NCBI GenBank assembly: GCA_977020255.1
Contig: CDROCS010002540.1
Location: forward strand, 496,001-560,000
Length of the DNA: 64,000 bases
Reading direction: 5' to 3'
DNA from: Obrimoposthia wandeli
Taxonomy: Eukaryota
Shown: in pieces, positions 37,150 to 50,800 of the stretch
Layout: each line of letters opens with the position of its first letter
Numbering within the stretch: the first letter of the stretch is position 1
Program-made: the position numbers and the translations under genes
The notes under the pieces: generated by a model
The model's database searches: none
What the model saw: the letters and a program-made list of their open reading frames with translations, nothing else
Told to the model about the DNA's origin: nothing

Positions 37150-37560
37150 ATTTAACTGGAAAATGCTCTAATTTTTTGTGCTCTATGTTTCTGATTTCTT
37201 TCTATGAGACATTGATTTTATAAGTTTACAGCGTTTCCTGGACACTGACGTCATATGAGCTGCTATTTTGTTACACGAATTCCAAGGTCAGTCCAGCAAT
37301 TTTACAATATACTTTTCTCGATTGCGTGGTAGAAAAATCGATCATGCACAAATATGCCATTTTATTATTGATATTACTATACTATCTGTTTGTTTCGTGT
37401 CACTTCCAAAGCTATAGTAGTGCTCTTTTCTCATAGTACCTTCTATCGAGTGGACGAAAATGAGTGCTTGTCTCCATCTATTTTGCCCATATTGCAACAT
37501 TTTTTCTTGGTACATTCTTACATTTCTAATCAAATTGATTTTCTGTAGTTTCCTTACTTA
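37150..37560 (-). mobile_element. Probable piggyBac C-terminal relic
   Basis: NRWRQALIFVH (cf. RRW..A.FF) followed by RKRCKL...RKKSET. Confidence 0.4.
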
Positions 37561-38469
37561 CCAATATTTTTATGAATTTTTAATTAAAATTTATCATAAG
37601 TATGAAGCACACAATTGACATAAGTCATTGAAATTTGACGCATAAAGATTCTCCTGGAATTTTCCCAATCGATTTCACTGCATAAATTGATCGATTCTTG
37701 GGTGTAAATGAAGCTTACCAGTTGGAGATGAGAGACTTAGACAAGAACCAGCCGTCAAAAGATACGAGACAACGGCTTTTTCAGGCGGTCTAATTCCGTC
37801 AGTAAGCCAATTGGTAGGTGAGGGTAATCCATACATTCATTGTAGAGAGCTTGAGACGGAAATAAAGGGTAACAGAGAAGATAAAAGGGGATTAAATTGT
37901 CGACCAGAAATTTCAAAGTTTTGAGCTCCAAAGTAAATATATTTCTACGAGAAACCTTTTAGTGAATTTATTAAATTATTACTAAAACGTGGAATAAATT
38001 TAAGTGTGTTTCATTAATTACATTAGTACAAATGCAAGCTAATCATTTCAAAAACCAGCTAGCTGACGACTTTTTAATTTTTATTTTTCCAATAGAAAAT
38101 TAAACTTTTCAATATCTCATCACCAAATTGAAACAGACATTTTGTATTATACGTTTTTACGAGCTTTTCATTTTCATACCCCTTTCTATGTTTATCAATA
38201 ATAGAAACATTTCTACTCGATTAAATATAAACATATAATTGTTTTCTAAACTTCTCTTTTATAATCACAACAACGTTTATACTGATAAAATCTTTAAATA
38301 AATAGCTTTATTTCAATGTAATTAATAGTAAATGATTTTCGTAAATTTTTATATATCTTTTTCAGCTCGCAAATTAAACAAAATTCAAAATTGATGGTTT
38401 TTATTATAACATATTCATTCCTGAAAGTAAATACAGTAGAAAATGGTAATTAAAAATATAATGTATTGG

Positions 38470-38650
38470 GAATAATTTTCAAAATGTCCACACAACTCCA
38501 ATCGGTGTTTCATATCTGCATATTTTTTCACAAAGTTGAAAGTAAATCTCATTGATGCTTTCGGTAATCGCTCCATTTAATTGTAGGATGAATTGGGGAT
38601 TCAGTGCATAAACCTTGTTCTTTAAGAACCTCCTCGTAACAATTTTTTTA
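38470..38650 (-). mobile_element. mariner/Tc1-like transposase C-terminal relic
   Basis: FLKNKVYALNPQ...LNGAITESINEI...CEKI...GHFE. Confidence 0.55.
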
Positions 38651-39369
38651 AAAGAAAATAGTTATTTTATGATTTTAATCCACCTACAAGTTTTATTTTT
38701 ACTAAAATGTCCGCAATAATAATATAAATCTTCCTCACTAAAATAACTTGAACATTTCGTTAATTTTGTACCATAAAAACTTAGAAACGCGAATAAGTAA
38801 AATTGATGTTCATAGAACCTTTCAGTGATGTTTACTTTGCGTTAATCTATAACCAATTTGCATCAAAGTTGGAATCGGTCCAGACAAGTTTTACAGGCGA
38901 ATATCGGACGGTAAAGAAAAATTGAATAAAAATATATATATATATATATATTTAGATTTTTTAAAAAATAATTTCTTTAAGAAGCAATTTTTGAAAATCA
39001 TTGATTTAAATAAATAGTTTTATTCATTTAATATTATTTTTTGATATAGCATTTTTTGAATTTTATGCACAATATTGAAAAGTTAAACTTAAATTTACAG
39101 CCGTAGAAAAATGTAAGTTATTAATATGATAATAGACAATATCAGATGTATTCAAAGCCAAAATGTTTTATAACAGTATTCAGATAGAAATGCATTTAAA
39201 ATATTCTAGTTTTTCTTACAGTAATCGCAAATATTTTATTTATCAGTATTATTTGAAATATTTGACTAACACTCAAAGAAATAAACTAGAAATTATTTAC
39301 GAAAGTTCATTCAAGCTAAACATTTATTATACTACATAGAACATATATATTAATATTTTAAACTGTCAC

Positions 39370-40125
39370 CTTTGGTATTTATTTCCATTTAGACACCCAG
39401 ATTTCGATTCCTAAACTTATCAAATGTAATCCGGATGAATGTTGTAGAATTCTTCATGAATCACATAACAAAAAACATTCGCATCATATGAAACATTATT
39501 TTCAAAATGGCTTCTAATGTTTCAATAATATTTAAGTCAGGATATTTTGAAAGTCACTCACTAAGGGTATGTCTCAATTTGTCCTCTAGATGTTTTTAGG
39601 TTGACCTTGATTTATAACAACTGGCATTGTCTTGTATAAAAATATAATGGTTTTCATACACGACCGCAGGCCATCCAAAATCTTTTAATAATCTAACGAA
39701 TTCAATCTGTTTGGATTCTTCAATATTATCTTACTACCATCGCCTCTAATTTGCTCCAAAGCATACATTGAAACTTAGAATATTTAACTGATTTGATTAT
39801 GTTTCTTCCAACGAGTCTTCTAACATATTTACGTATATAAGAATGTCATTGAATCTTTCATTCGTCACTAAATATAACTGTTTTCCATTGATATGAAGGC
39901 CAATCTTTATAAAGATAACAATCGATAAAGAATTATTTTGCTGCAGATATATGACTAAAAACCTCAGTTTTATTAATATTATTCCTTACTGTTCTTGTTG
40001 ATATCAGATTTCTCAAATAAACTGAATTGCAGATTATAGCAGAGCTTATAAATATATTCTCTTTTGATGTCCATATTTTTGAGTTTCTTCCTCTTTGGGA
40101 AGTTTTTGATGATCTTCCCATTTTG
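39370..40125 (-). mobile_element. Tc1 (DD34E-like) transposase pseudogene
   Basis: WKTVIFSDERFN; YIFIQDNASCYKSRST...SKYPDLNIIE. Multiple stops. Confidence 0.85.
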
Positions 40126-42778
40126 AGCCGATTTTTAATAGAACTTCTAGTATAAATTTTGCCGTACTGGTCGCCTTACATCTCTAAAACAAATAAAATT
40201 TAACTTTATAATTTAACAATTTCATTAATAAATTATTATAAGAGATTCAAAAACTTTAAAAAATTAAATTTGAAATTATGTGATAATTCTCAATAAACAA
40301 TTATCAAAATTTGAACAATATTATATTAATCTAAATTGTATTTTTATGTTATGTTTTATCAATAGAAATATTTTTTAGACTCTTCTTTATTGAATTTAGT
40401 TCTTTACAAGATAGTTAACATACATAAATGAAAAAGAAGTGCTGTTAACATACTTTTTCCACAACTGTATTACTTATAAATTAAAGCAGTACATAAAACA
40501 TAATAAATATTTAAACATTTAGATTTCGTTAATTTACTGGGCTTTGTGGCTTTGGTTTAGTACCGACACTATATACTACTTAAATGCATAACCAATAGTA
40601 TAGATTTAGACTTCAGCTTTGAATGAAATCTGGTTAAAAAGACTGTATTTCAGCGCATATTTGAGTTACTAATTGATAATATGATAGCAAATTTTAATTC
40701 AACTATTATTATTAAAATCATATTTTGATAAAATTGAAGATACTAATTTGTTTTGTGACAAAGAAAAGAAAGGATTTTTCAAAAATACAAAAATATCATA
40801 AACTTTATTTTCTTAGAATACTGGAAGAACTTTTATTATTCAAAATCCTAAGGCAATATTTTAGTAAAATGAAATGGTATTAAAAAAAATTACAAATTAC
40901 AGCAATCGAACTAACTTGAATTATTTTACAGATTAAATAAATTAATATGAAACTTTTGTTAAAAAGCAATGGAATTTAAATCTTCAGAATTTTCAAAAAT
41001 TTTAAACAAATTTTGAAAATTTCTTAACTTTAAATGTTATTTTAATAAAGTATAATTAAAATAAGTATTTATACAAACCTTTGATTTTTATATGAAAACT
41101 ATATGATCTGAACATTTGAAATTATATTTATGCTAATTTTTACGTTTAACTGATTTTTTCCTGGATTTTAGTTTTCTAAATATAATTCCGAACTGAGAAA
41201 TAAATTTAAAGTAAAATATAACGGGAAAAATGATAAATATCCCGAATTTCTATACATTTTTATGCAACATTAGATGGTTTTGTAACTTTTAGATGAAAAT
41301 TGATCTAATTTAACAATTTTACAACATAATATTTTACTTAGGAATTTATTTCTATTCGAGTATCAAAACAGTACAGTGACATTAGTGTACAAATAATTTG
41401 TTTAAATTTCATTTTGTGTAATAAACGTAAATTAAGCATATAAGAATTTTATTGATTTATTTTACTTTGTAAAATATTTTTTTCAATAATTTCAAGCAAA
41501 CATTAATATTTATGGAAACTTTCGTAAAAATTAATCATATTTGTTATATTTGTAACAAAACCAAAAATCTATCGAAAATCTTTCTGAAAAGTTAAAATCT
41601 ATCGAATCATTATAAATATTTCAAAACGATTCATATAATGTTAAATAATGTTAAGTAATTGACTTCAATGCATAAATTTTTGAACTCACCAAAGACGATG
41701 ACAAAATAGTAAATAAAAATTATTGACAATTTATCAACAAATTGAAAGTTTAGCTAAATTTTCGTCATCGTTTTTGGAAATATAATATTTTGGTTAAGCT
41801 TGCAGTTTATGGTACCAAAGTTCTTTACTGTTACTAATTTTTGAAACTTTATTTAGAAATCCACTTATATTTTATTCAACCCTATTAAAATTGAAATTGT
41901 TTAAAACTAAATAGCCTTCATAATAATAAATAATAAGCTAATATAATTTTGTATTTTAAAACATTAAAAAATATAATTATTGTAAGTGTAAATAAATTTA
42001 GATAATATATTAAAAAAATGTCTTAAATCTTACAAGGAAATAATCCTCTAAATTCTAAAATAATCTATTTTAAATAAAGTAAATATTTACAAGATATCAT
42101 TTTTATCATTCATTACTACTAAATATGTGTAAAAAACTGAAATTATGAACAAAGCCAAAAAATAATTTTAAGTGATATAAGTCAAATAAAGTCAAAATTT
42201 TAAACAAAACTAGATTTAGAAGAATTTTTTGAGGATTATGAGTAGGTTTAATTAATAAATAAGTTATATCAATTAAATTAAAGTTAAAAATCTGTTTGCT
42301 TGTGAAATATTTTGAAATTAAAATTAATTTTTAGAACAAAAATAGTTAATATTAGAAAGTAAAACCTTTTAAAAATTAAATGTCAAAGAAACTTAAAAAA
42401 GGATATAATTTTAAATATTACAAACTTAAAAATATACTTTTAATCATTTTCAATTATTGATTTTCTCATACAATATATATATATATAGCAAATATGAGCT
42501 ATAATTAAAAATTATTGATTTAAAAAATAAATATGAATAAGATTAAAGGACCCACATTGGTATTATTCCTCTGTCAATGTTGGTTACGTAGGAGATTTAA
42601 ATTCAAGTATTAAATTTTGTAACATTATCAAAGAAAATACTTAAATATTAATTTTTCATATAATAAGCTGTTTATTTAGGTTACATGATCAAAGTGCTTT
42701 ACAACATCTTTTAATGAATATCATTATTGCAATATGTATTATAAACCACTATTTTATGATTTATGAATAGGTATAAAA

Positions 42779-44549
42779 TAGGGTGATGCAAAAAACATGA
42801 CTATCGAAAAATTTTCGGGATACCCAAATATTATTTTTAAATTGTCAAAAAAACAACGTGTAAAAAATTTCAGGTCAATCAACAAATATTCAAATGTTGC
42901 GACCGCCAGTTAAAAATTTGAAAATTTTTAAAAAATCAGATAAAAATAATTTCCAGATTTCTTTAGAGTAGATAATTATAAATAAATATAACATTATATT
43001 GATTTATTTTCTTAATATAGAGAAACTTAATAGTGTATTGTGTAATAGTGTGCAACTAGCGGTGACTGGGAGTGGCTACAACAACAACGCTTCCTATATC
43101 TGTTCTTGTAAGCTATTTGTGACAAAAATTACCACAAGGAGCTCAACAGATATCTGGCTGGTTGGTCAACAAATAAATAAGTTGACTAAAAGTAGACCTC
43201 CATTAAAGAAAGAAGTAATTTCTTTATTAATTAACTATAAAAATAGAAGACAGAAAACCCTCAGAGAAACCTTAACTTATACTGTTAATGATGTTTTAGA
43301 AGTGTGGCTGCGAACAGCAATACCAACAACTCAGAAATGCAATATTGTTAAGAGGTTAAATAAACTTAATGATGAATGGCGAAGGTTGAAGAAGAACAAT
43401 GGAAAAAAATGTGTATGTTTCTCAAAGAGAAAGAAAATACATGGAAAGAAAAATTGAATGAATTCTTCGATATTGCACATGAAAATGCTGATACGTTAAT
43501 AACTGTTGAAGAAGAAAAAGATTTTTTACGACTACAAAGGAATGGTAGAAAGGGTTGGATGGCTAAAGTACTCTATTCAATTAAATTCTGGATATTCAAA
43601 AACTAGAAGCACAAGAAGAAATACATTTAAAAGAAAAAGGGTGTTTTCTGTTTCAATATATATTAAACATAGGTTCTCAGCTCGATTAGCAGTAACTGAC
43701 CCATTCAATGATCTCAGTCTTCTTAAAACTCTACAGAACTAAAAAGTACAATCGAAAAATTATCTAATGCTGCTCTGGGAAAAATAAAGAATCATTTGTG
43801 GTACCTATCGGAAGAATTGATTGCATTGGCGTTCTTCAACGAAAACGTCAACTTCGACACCAAAAGAAAGATGAAGGAGCCTCTTGTTAGACATTCAGAG
43901 CCAGATCCTCCTAAAAACACAAATAGATGTAGATAATATTGGAGATAAACAACTTGAAAATTTTGTAACTGTCAACACAAAATCCTTCTCTGATATATTT
44001 GGACTCTTCTCACGTTTCCTCAGCAAACCAGTGGAAGATTGGCCCCTAGAGGATAGTTTTTGGATTGCAAAGAATGTAGTACATCTGTAGTACATAAAGT
44101 TGTGAATGATATTGCAGAAAGAGTAGTTAAGTTGATTGAAGATTACAATAAATTGATCACTAATGATGTACAACAGAAGCAGTTTCTAGTTATTGGAAGA
44201 AGATCCAAACCACAAAACAATATTATATCTTTGACACAAAAGTAACCATTCAATAAACTATTGTAAATAATTAGGTTAATACATTATTAAATTGTATATA
44301 TTTTGTAAATAAATAATAAAAGAAAGGTGGTACAATAGCCTATGAGGGAACTTCCACTCTAAAAAAGAAATGTGGCGGTTGCTGTTGGGAGTCATAGAAA
44401 TCATAAAAGTTTCAATTGGAGGTCGCAACCTCTAAATATAAAAAAATTTATATGAAAATTTTACGCAATCATTTTTATCAATATAAATCATATAAGAGGG
44501 TATCTCCAAAAATAGATAGGGGATTAAATGCCCATTTTGCATCACCCTA
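42779..44549 (+). mobile_element. hATm-type element, internally deleted
   Basis: Perfect 15-bp TIRs (TAGGGTGATGCAAAA); 8-bp TSD gtataaaa/gtatataa. TRSSTDIWLVG, W..TAIPT, FDIAH, HLWYLSEELIALAFF and VVNDIAERVVKLIEDYN motifs. Confidence 0.92.
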
Positions 44550-46399
44550 GTATATAATCTATTCTCTATAGTGCGGAACATAAATATATTAAAATTATTT
44601 CTTTCATTAGCTTTCAGTTTAAATAAAATTTCAAATTTTTATAACCAGTAAACAATTTGTTAGTGCTATAATCTGCAAGAATACCAATTTTTGAATAAAA
44701 AAACGTTTGCGTTGTGCAAATAAAAATAACTGTCGGTGAATAAAGGATACAAGTTAACACCCAAAAACAACATTAGAATCAGAAACACTCACTTTCTTTC
44801 ATTTCCTTATTCCTATAAAATTGAAATGTCAATTCACATTTTTGCTGTGAGTGAACAAAAATAAATAAATATTTCTCCTTCTTTCGTACCCCTTTTTTAA
44901 ATAGATATTAATAGAAATTTATTTACTTTTTCATGTGTATAAAAACATTATTTAAATTTCCCTGCTACTTTGAAGAACATATGTCTATTCATGTCCAACC
45001 CCTTGTCCATTATGCTAGTGTTAATTGAGTAGGTCAATTGTATTCGGAATTTGGTTAATTTACAAAAATTATGAAATATTCAAGTGCAGGTCCTGTTACT
45101 CGGACTTAGAAAAGATGCAGAACACTGGCATATTAAACAATTCAATGGGACGATAACGCTTAACGATAAATACTTAGAATGACAGGCAAGGCATTATGCG
45201 ATAGTGAGCAGGGAGCATACGTATTTGTTTGTTGTCGACAGCAGTTAGCAGCTGGGGATGGTGTACGGCAACGTGTTCCAGCTTCCTCAATACCAACGTC
45301 GATGGTCAACTCTACTACTCATGGCTGCCGTCCTGGGATAAGCAGGCGCTAGTTCCTCATTCGATACACCCTTGATTCAGTGTATTTTTAGTTTTGCAAG
45401 AAAAGTCAATTATTTCTTTAAATTGTTCCTAAATTATTCCGGTAATTATCTTCTAATCTAAATTAAATGTATTTAATCCATATTATTTTTATTTAAATGT
45501 CCGTTCTTAATAAGCTGGAAATTTAAGTTAAGTACCTTGTTCAACAAAATGTTTATACATTTAAATTATGGTAATGATTTTTTACAGCAAAAATTACCAG
45601 TAAAAATGGTTAGAATAATAAACTTTTTTAATCTATTGACGATGTAAAAATTTCTTCATACAACTTTAAAAAAATTTGAAAAACAAGTTTTGAATTAGGT
45701 ACAAGATAATTGAAGATGAATGAATAACATAAACAGTATAAAAAAGGAGTGTCATACATGTCAGTAAAATATTATTAATTCTTAAAATTTCATGATTTTT
45801 TTGATAAAATGTAAGATATACCCAAATATATATATACCTGATATACCTATAACAAACAAATATTTTGGACAAATTAGAGTTTACAGTCACTAATGACATA
45901 AATAAATGTCTTATAAATTCTTTTTTGATAGAAATTTAATTACTTTTTTTGAGAAAATCTTTATTTAATAATTTACTTTACATAATAAAAATTTGAATAT
46001 TTAAACAAAACAATGACCAATAAACATTACATATATATTTCAACCGGTACATTTAGAAATATCTAGTATATTATTAATGTTACTTATGCGTAATTGAACT
46101 ACTTGGTGATTAATTAATAGAACAAAGTGTTGGTGTGCATTTAGTGGAACTCCATCAACATTTAAATTCAAGACAATCCGGTGAAATCAACATACTAAAA
46201 ACAAAGGGTCGGCAACATATAACCCGAGAATACCTCGTCACATAATCAATACATTTACCGATTGTTAGGATCTAACATTATTTAAGAAAGTAATTTGAAA
46301 TGCGATTTTAAGAAATCTAAAAAGTTACGCCTACATTTATCTGTTTTCATAAATCCCTTTGAGACAGATGTAGCACCAAAATGGAACTTGGAACTTGGT

Positions 46400-46930
46400 A
46401 CGCTAAAATTGAGAAAGTCACATGTCAGTTATGCATGATAAAGAATCTACATCATTGAGGTAGCAGTTCTTCGTAATGTGATAAATTATTCTACAAATGT
46501 GAGGTTGATCACCTAACCTACACGATCCTGACCAATAGCATGATTTGATGCTTGAGCTCATTGTTACATGTGTTGGCTTCATCCAGATAAAATAAGAGCT
46601 ATTTTTCAATATAAAACAATCTATTGTTGAATAAAGTCACATTTACGAAAATTGGATAAAATTGTTTAAAGCAGATAACTTTGATGTGGTAGAAAAGGCA
46701 TTCGTCCACACCCACGATAAAGATAGCACGAACGTCTGTCGTACAAAAATATGGCCAAATCTGAAGTACATAACTTGTAATTGATGTTCTACAGCCGACC
46801 CAATAGACAACAGAGAAAGCATTTGCGAAGAACTGATACATATGTAGAGAAATAACAATTAGAAAATAACCGTATTTGAGTTTTAAAGTGGCTTGGGAAC
46901 ACACCAACTCAGATTGTTAAGCAAATCAGT
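46400..46930 (-). mobile_element. Probable third Merlin relic
   Basis: KLKYGYF...VYW...IVGVDECLF in the expected order (cf. SIR.GSFF...IYLW...IVEIDESLF). Confidence 0.4.
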
Positions 46931-47730
46931 ATGACTAAAATGAAGGGACTTGGCCTTTGTCTTTAGGGATAGAAAAGGAGTCGTCACAAAATCATAGGAG
47001 TCATTAGGAAACACTACTAAAGAATGAAATTAGCGTCTGAAAGGTTGAAGGATTAATTGAGAGAAAAGTGACTAAGAAAATCGTTGAGATGATTAAACAG
47101 TTTTTCCCGTACAAAACACGACCTCACTGATCTTACCTAACACAATAATTTATCATACACCCATTATTCACCTAAAATAATCATTGAAATGAGAAAATTA
47201 ATCAATGCAATTAATGGTGCCATTAAATATTGGTTTGGAAATATGTCAAAGGAGTTTTTTTGACAAAGATATCAAATAACTATTAAAAATATGTAAAGAA
47301 TCAAAGAAACTATTTTACTTGTTAAAGAAATTCTGATGATGAACAAATGTGGCCGTTGTTGTTTTTTTGTACGTTTAAATCGTCGAAAAACATACAAAGC
47401 CAGCCTATATTTTAAGGCTAAAAATATAACTATTATATTCGGAAGAAAATTAGTCGATGCAACCAAGAATTGAATATTTTATCACTAAATAATCATGGTT
47501 CGTAATTTTTTCATAACATATTTAATAATTTTAGAACATAATTTTTCGTTTATAATTGTCAGTAGTTGAATTTTGTCAAATGTTTATATTATTATATCTG
47601 TGAATCGCCTCATATTAAATAGCCTGACACATCGGAAAGTTTGCCGACCCTTGCTACAAATGCTCACCAAAAATCATACGACACAACATCCATTAGGGAC
47701 AACATTCCCGACGGGAAAATAAGCCGAATC

Positions 47731-47829
47731 TCACTGGTCAGACTTGTGTCGAGCAAAAGACATGTCTTCGTAGTACCTTTCCTCACCCAGCCTCACAAAG
47801 TTCATCGTTGAGCAGCAGAGCATCTTAAC
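47731..47829 (-). CDS. M6: M6 terminal exon
   Basis: CTACAG acceptor, phase 0. VKMLCCSTMNFVRLGEERYYEDMSFARHKSDQ-stop, with NF in the same register as PLP LTFMIAATYNF. Confidence 0.85.
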   Translation of the reverse strand, partial: VKMLCCSTMNFVRLGEERYYEDMSFARHKSDQ

Positions 47830-50800
47830 CTGTAGCAACAAATACAATTTAGAACAATCACTCTGTACAACTTGGTCACTTTACTTAAAAACTTAATGAA
47901 CATTCAGAACTACGTAAAAAGATATTTCCTCCTAAGTCTAAAAATTTTAAAACCAGTTCCAATAAATTGTTCGACTACAAATTCTACTGGTATAAATGCT
48001 CCATTTACGTCTTAATACAAATGCATTGTTTTTTAATTTAATATGTGTGAGTTAAAAAATGAAGTATTATTTCCCTGTGAAATCATTAAAAAAGTCCGTC
48101 TATTATGCATTCACTTTTACACAGATGTAACTTCAAATGTGTTCGAAGATAATTCAGGCATAATTCTATTGATAAATAAACACCACTCATTGTTGTGCAG
48201 AGGATATATATATAGGTCATTATTGAAAAATGTAAACATACCACACAATCACACATTCACCAGCTTGCTGATTACCTAAAGACCCGTAGGTCCGTAAACC
48301 ACAGTTTACACAATCTATTACAAAATGGGAAAAAGTATATAAGGGGACTCAAATTTAAATCTAAAGGTTTTGATCACCTTGTTAATCATAAGGTGCATTT
48401 GTATATAAAGTAATAGTCTGTACAAGATGCAATTTTTAGCCACTTAAGCAGACATAAATCCAGGGGTCTACTTTTTATGTTTTTTAAAATTTATGTGGGG
48501 TTGAATACTGAATAAACGTCATATTTAATATATTAGAACCACATGATATTAATTTTAAAAAAACAATTATTTCTTGAAAATAATTTTATATAATGAATTA
48601 CAAAACAATTTTAGCGTACCGCAGTTTTGAAAGCTGCTTTTTAGATCATTTATTATTTATAATTAGTATAATTAGTGCTCATAAAATAAGATGTAACAAT
48701 TTTGAAATCATAAAATAAAAAATAATTTTTTTAAAACTTCTCAGAAATAAACCTGGCTTTGAAATAATTAAATATTGGGTGTATTTTTGGTTATAAGAGC
48801 TATTATTATGTTACATTTTCAAATCGGCTATTTACATAAATTTACCTGCATTATAGTTCTCTATAGATTAAGGGATTCTACTTGAATAATCCCAAACGGA
48901 AATATTATTGACTTTTAACCATTCTTGTGTAGATTTTGAAGTTCAATTGTCATGCTGAAAAATATGCTTTTCATTTTTTTATTTCTCAACAAGTCTTGAT
49001 AATCTGTGTTTCAAAATTTTGATGTTGATAATTTAGTCAGGTTGCAAGAAATTATGTTATTTTTCTTTGACAATATTGCTTCAAAGGAAATTTAAATGAT
49101 TGCAGTCGATAAGGAGTAAAGTTGATAATTACATTCACACGCAGTCCCTTATTCATTTAATCCTTCAAATGAGAAGGTAAAAATTGTTACTGGTGCAGAT
49201 CAATTATTTCATTTAAATTTTGAAACTCAACAAAATCGTTTCCCATGCAGTCTTAGTTAAATATTCCAACCCACTCTCGTAACACAACAAAACGATTGAC
49301 AATTATAATCGAGTATTATTCAAATACGAAAGGAAATTAAAGAAAATTGCACCCTACAAAGGTAATATTCAAATGAAGAAAAATATATTTTACCACAAGC
49401 TAACAGAAAAATAGAACACCGAAAATTCAATGTTGAAATATACTTCTGACGTTACTGTTGTTACATTGACATAATATAGCATACAAGGTTATGCAATTCC
49501 TTCAAAAGAAGATAAACAGTTGCGTTAAAATTACTTGGCGTTCATTGAGCAAAAATTATTTACTATTAATATTAATTTACTTTCGATACATAATTTGGAC
49601 ACAATGTAGATTTCTATTTGAAACGTGTTTAAGTTGTGAAAGTTTGGGAGTGTGGAAATAAACGTTACTCACAAATCCCAATATAGCCGTTATTGATCCT
49701 CCTAGAGCGACACCGGCCAAAATAATTTCAGTATTGTCTGTATTGTCTGTATAGTCACCAACAGTTATGTTAACGTTGACAACTGCATAACAAAGTGTGG
49801 CCAAACTAAAAGAGGTAATTGAATAATTCAAAAACTTTTACTTCGTATTAAACTTAAATTTTGTGTAAACATAGTAAAACTTTATCACAATCAGAAATAA
49901 TGCACTTATTCAGACGTTTTTCAAAATTGGAAAATATTTTCTTAAGAATGTCAGGAGTTACATCATTAAAGACTTCGGCAATGAATTTCTTTGGTTCATT
50001 TCTGTTGTTGGGATTTCGACGGAATACATTTTAGCGACTTCATTAGGAAAGGAGTTAGGGAAAATAGAATTATTTTCCTTAATTTTTTCCGTAAGCTATT
50101 TTACAAATGTTCCTTAAATAAATCTCCAAATGAAATTTAATAAATTTATCTTTGGTATTCATAAACTGTCCCTATCTAAGGCAATTACTTATAACATATT
50201 TTTAATGAAAACGTTAAGGGAACAATGAAGCTATTTGGAGATGGTAATAATTTTAAGTTAGATATATTTATTTAATTGTGATTTATTTCAATAAGTTTAA
50301 TTAATCGTTATAATGATAATATGTCGTATAAAAATTATATAAGTTTCCTTAATTAAAGAAGACAATTTGGAAATCTAAACATTATTATTCTAAAACATTA
50401 TAAGCCAAACATAATTGAATTCTACAATATCTTAGGAATAAACTAGAACATAGTATTCAAATCAATTAAAATAACACAAAACATGAAAATCTTATCACAA
50501 CGGAAAACACAAAAATTGTAATTAGATTAATTATCTTAATTTTAATTCTGTCAACGAAATATACTTTTTGTTTCAAAATATATTTCATTTCTGGTTCTAA
50601 ATTGACTGCTTTCAATATAATTTAAAAATAATAAAATAATTAATAAAAAATGAACTGTATAACAAAATTAGACAAACATTATATTAATGTATTTTTATAT
50701 AATAATTTAATACATCTTATTTCAAAATATGATATTTTGATGGGGGTTTATTTTGATTAATTTAAAATCAGATAAACTCAATGTTTAATTGAAATCCAAT

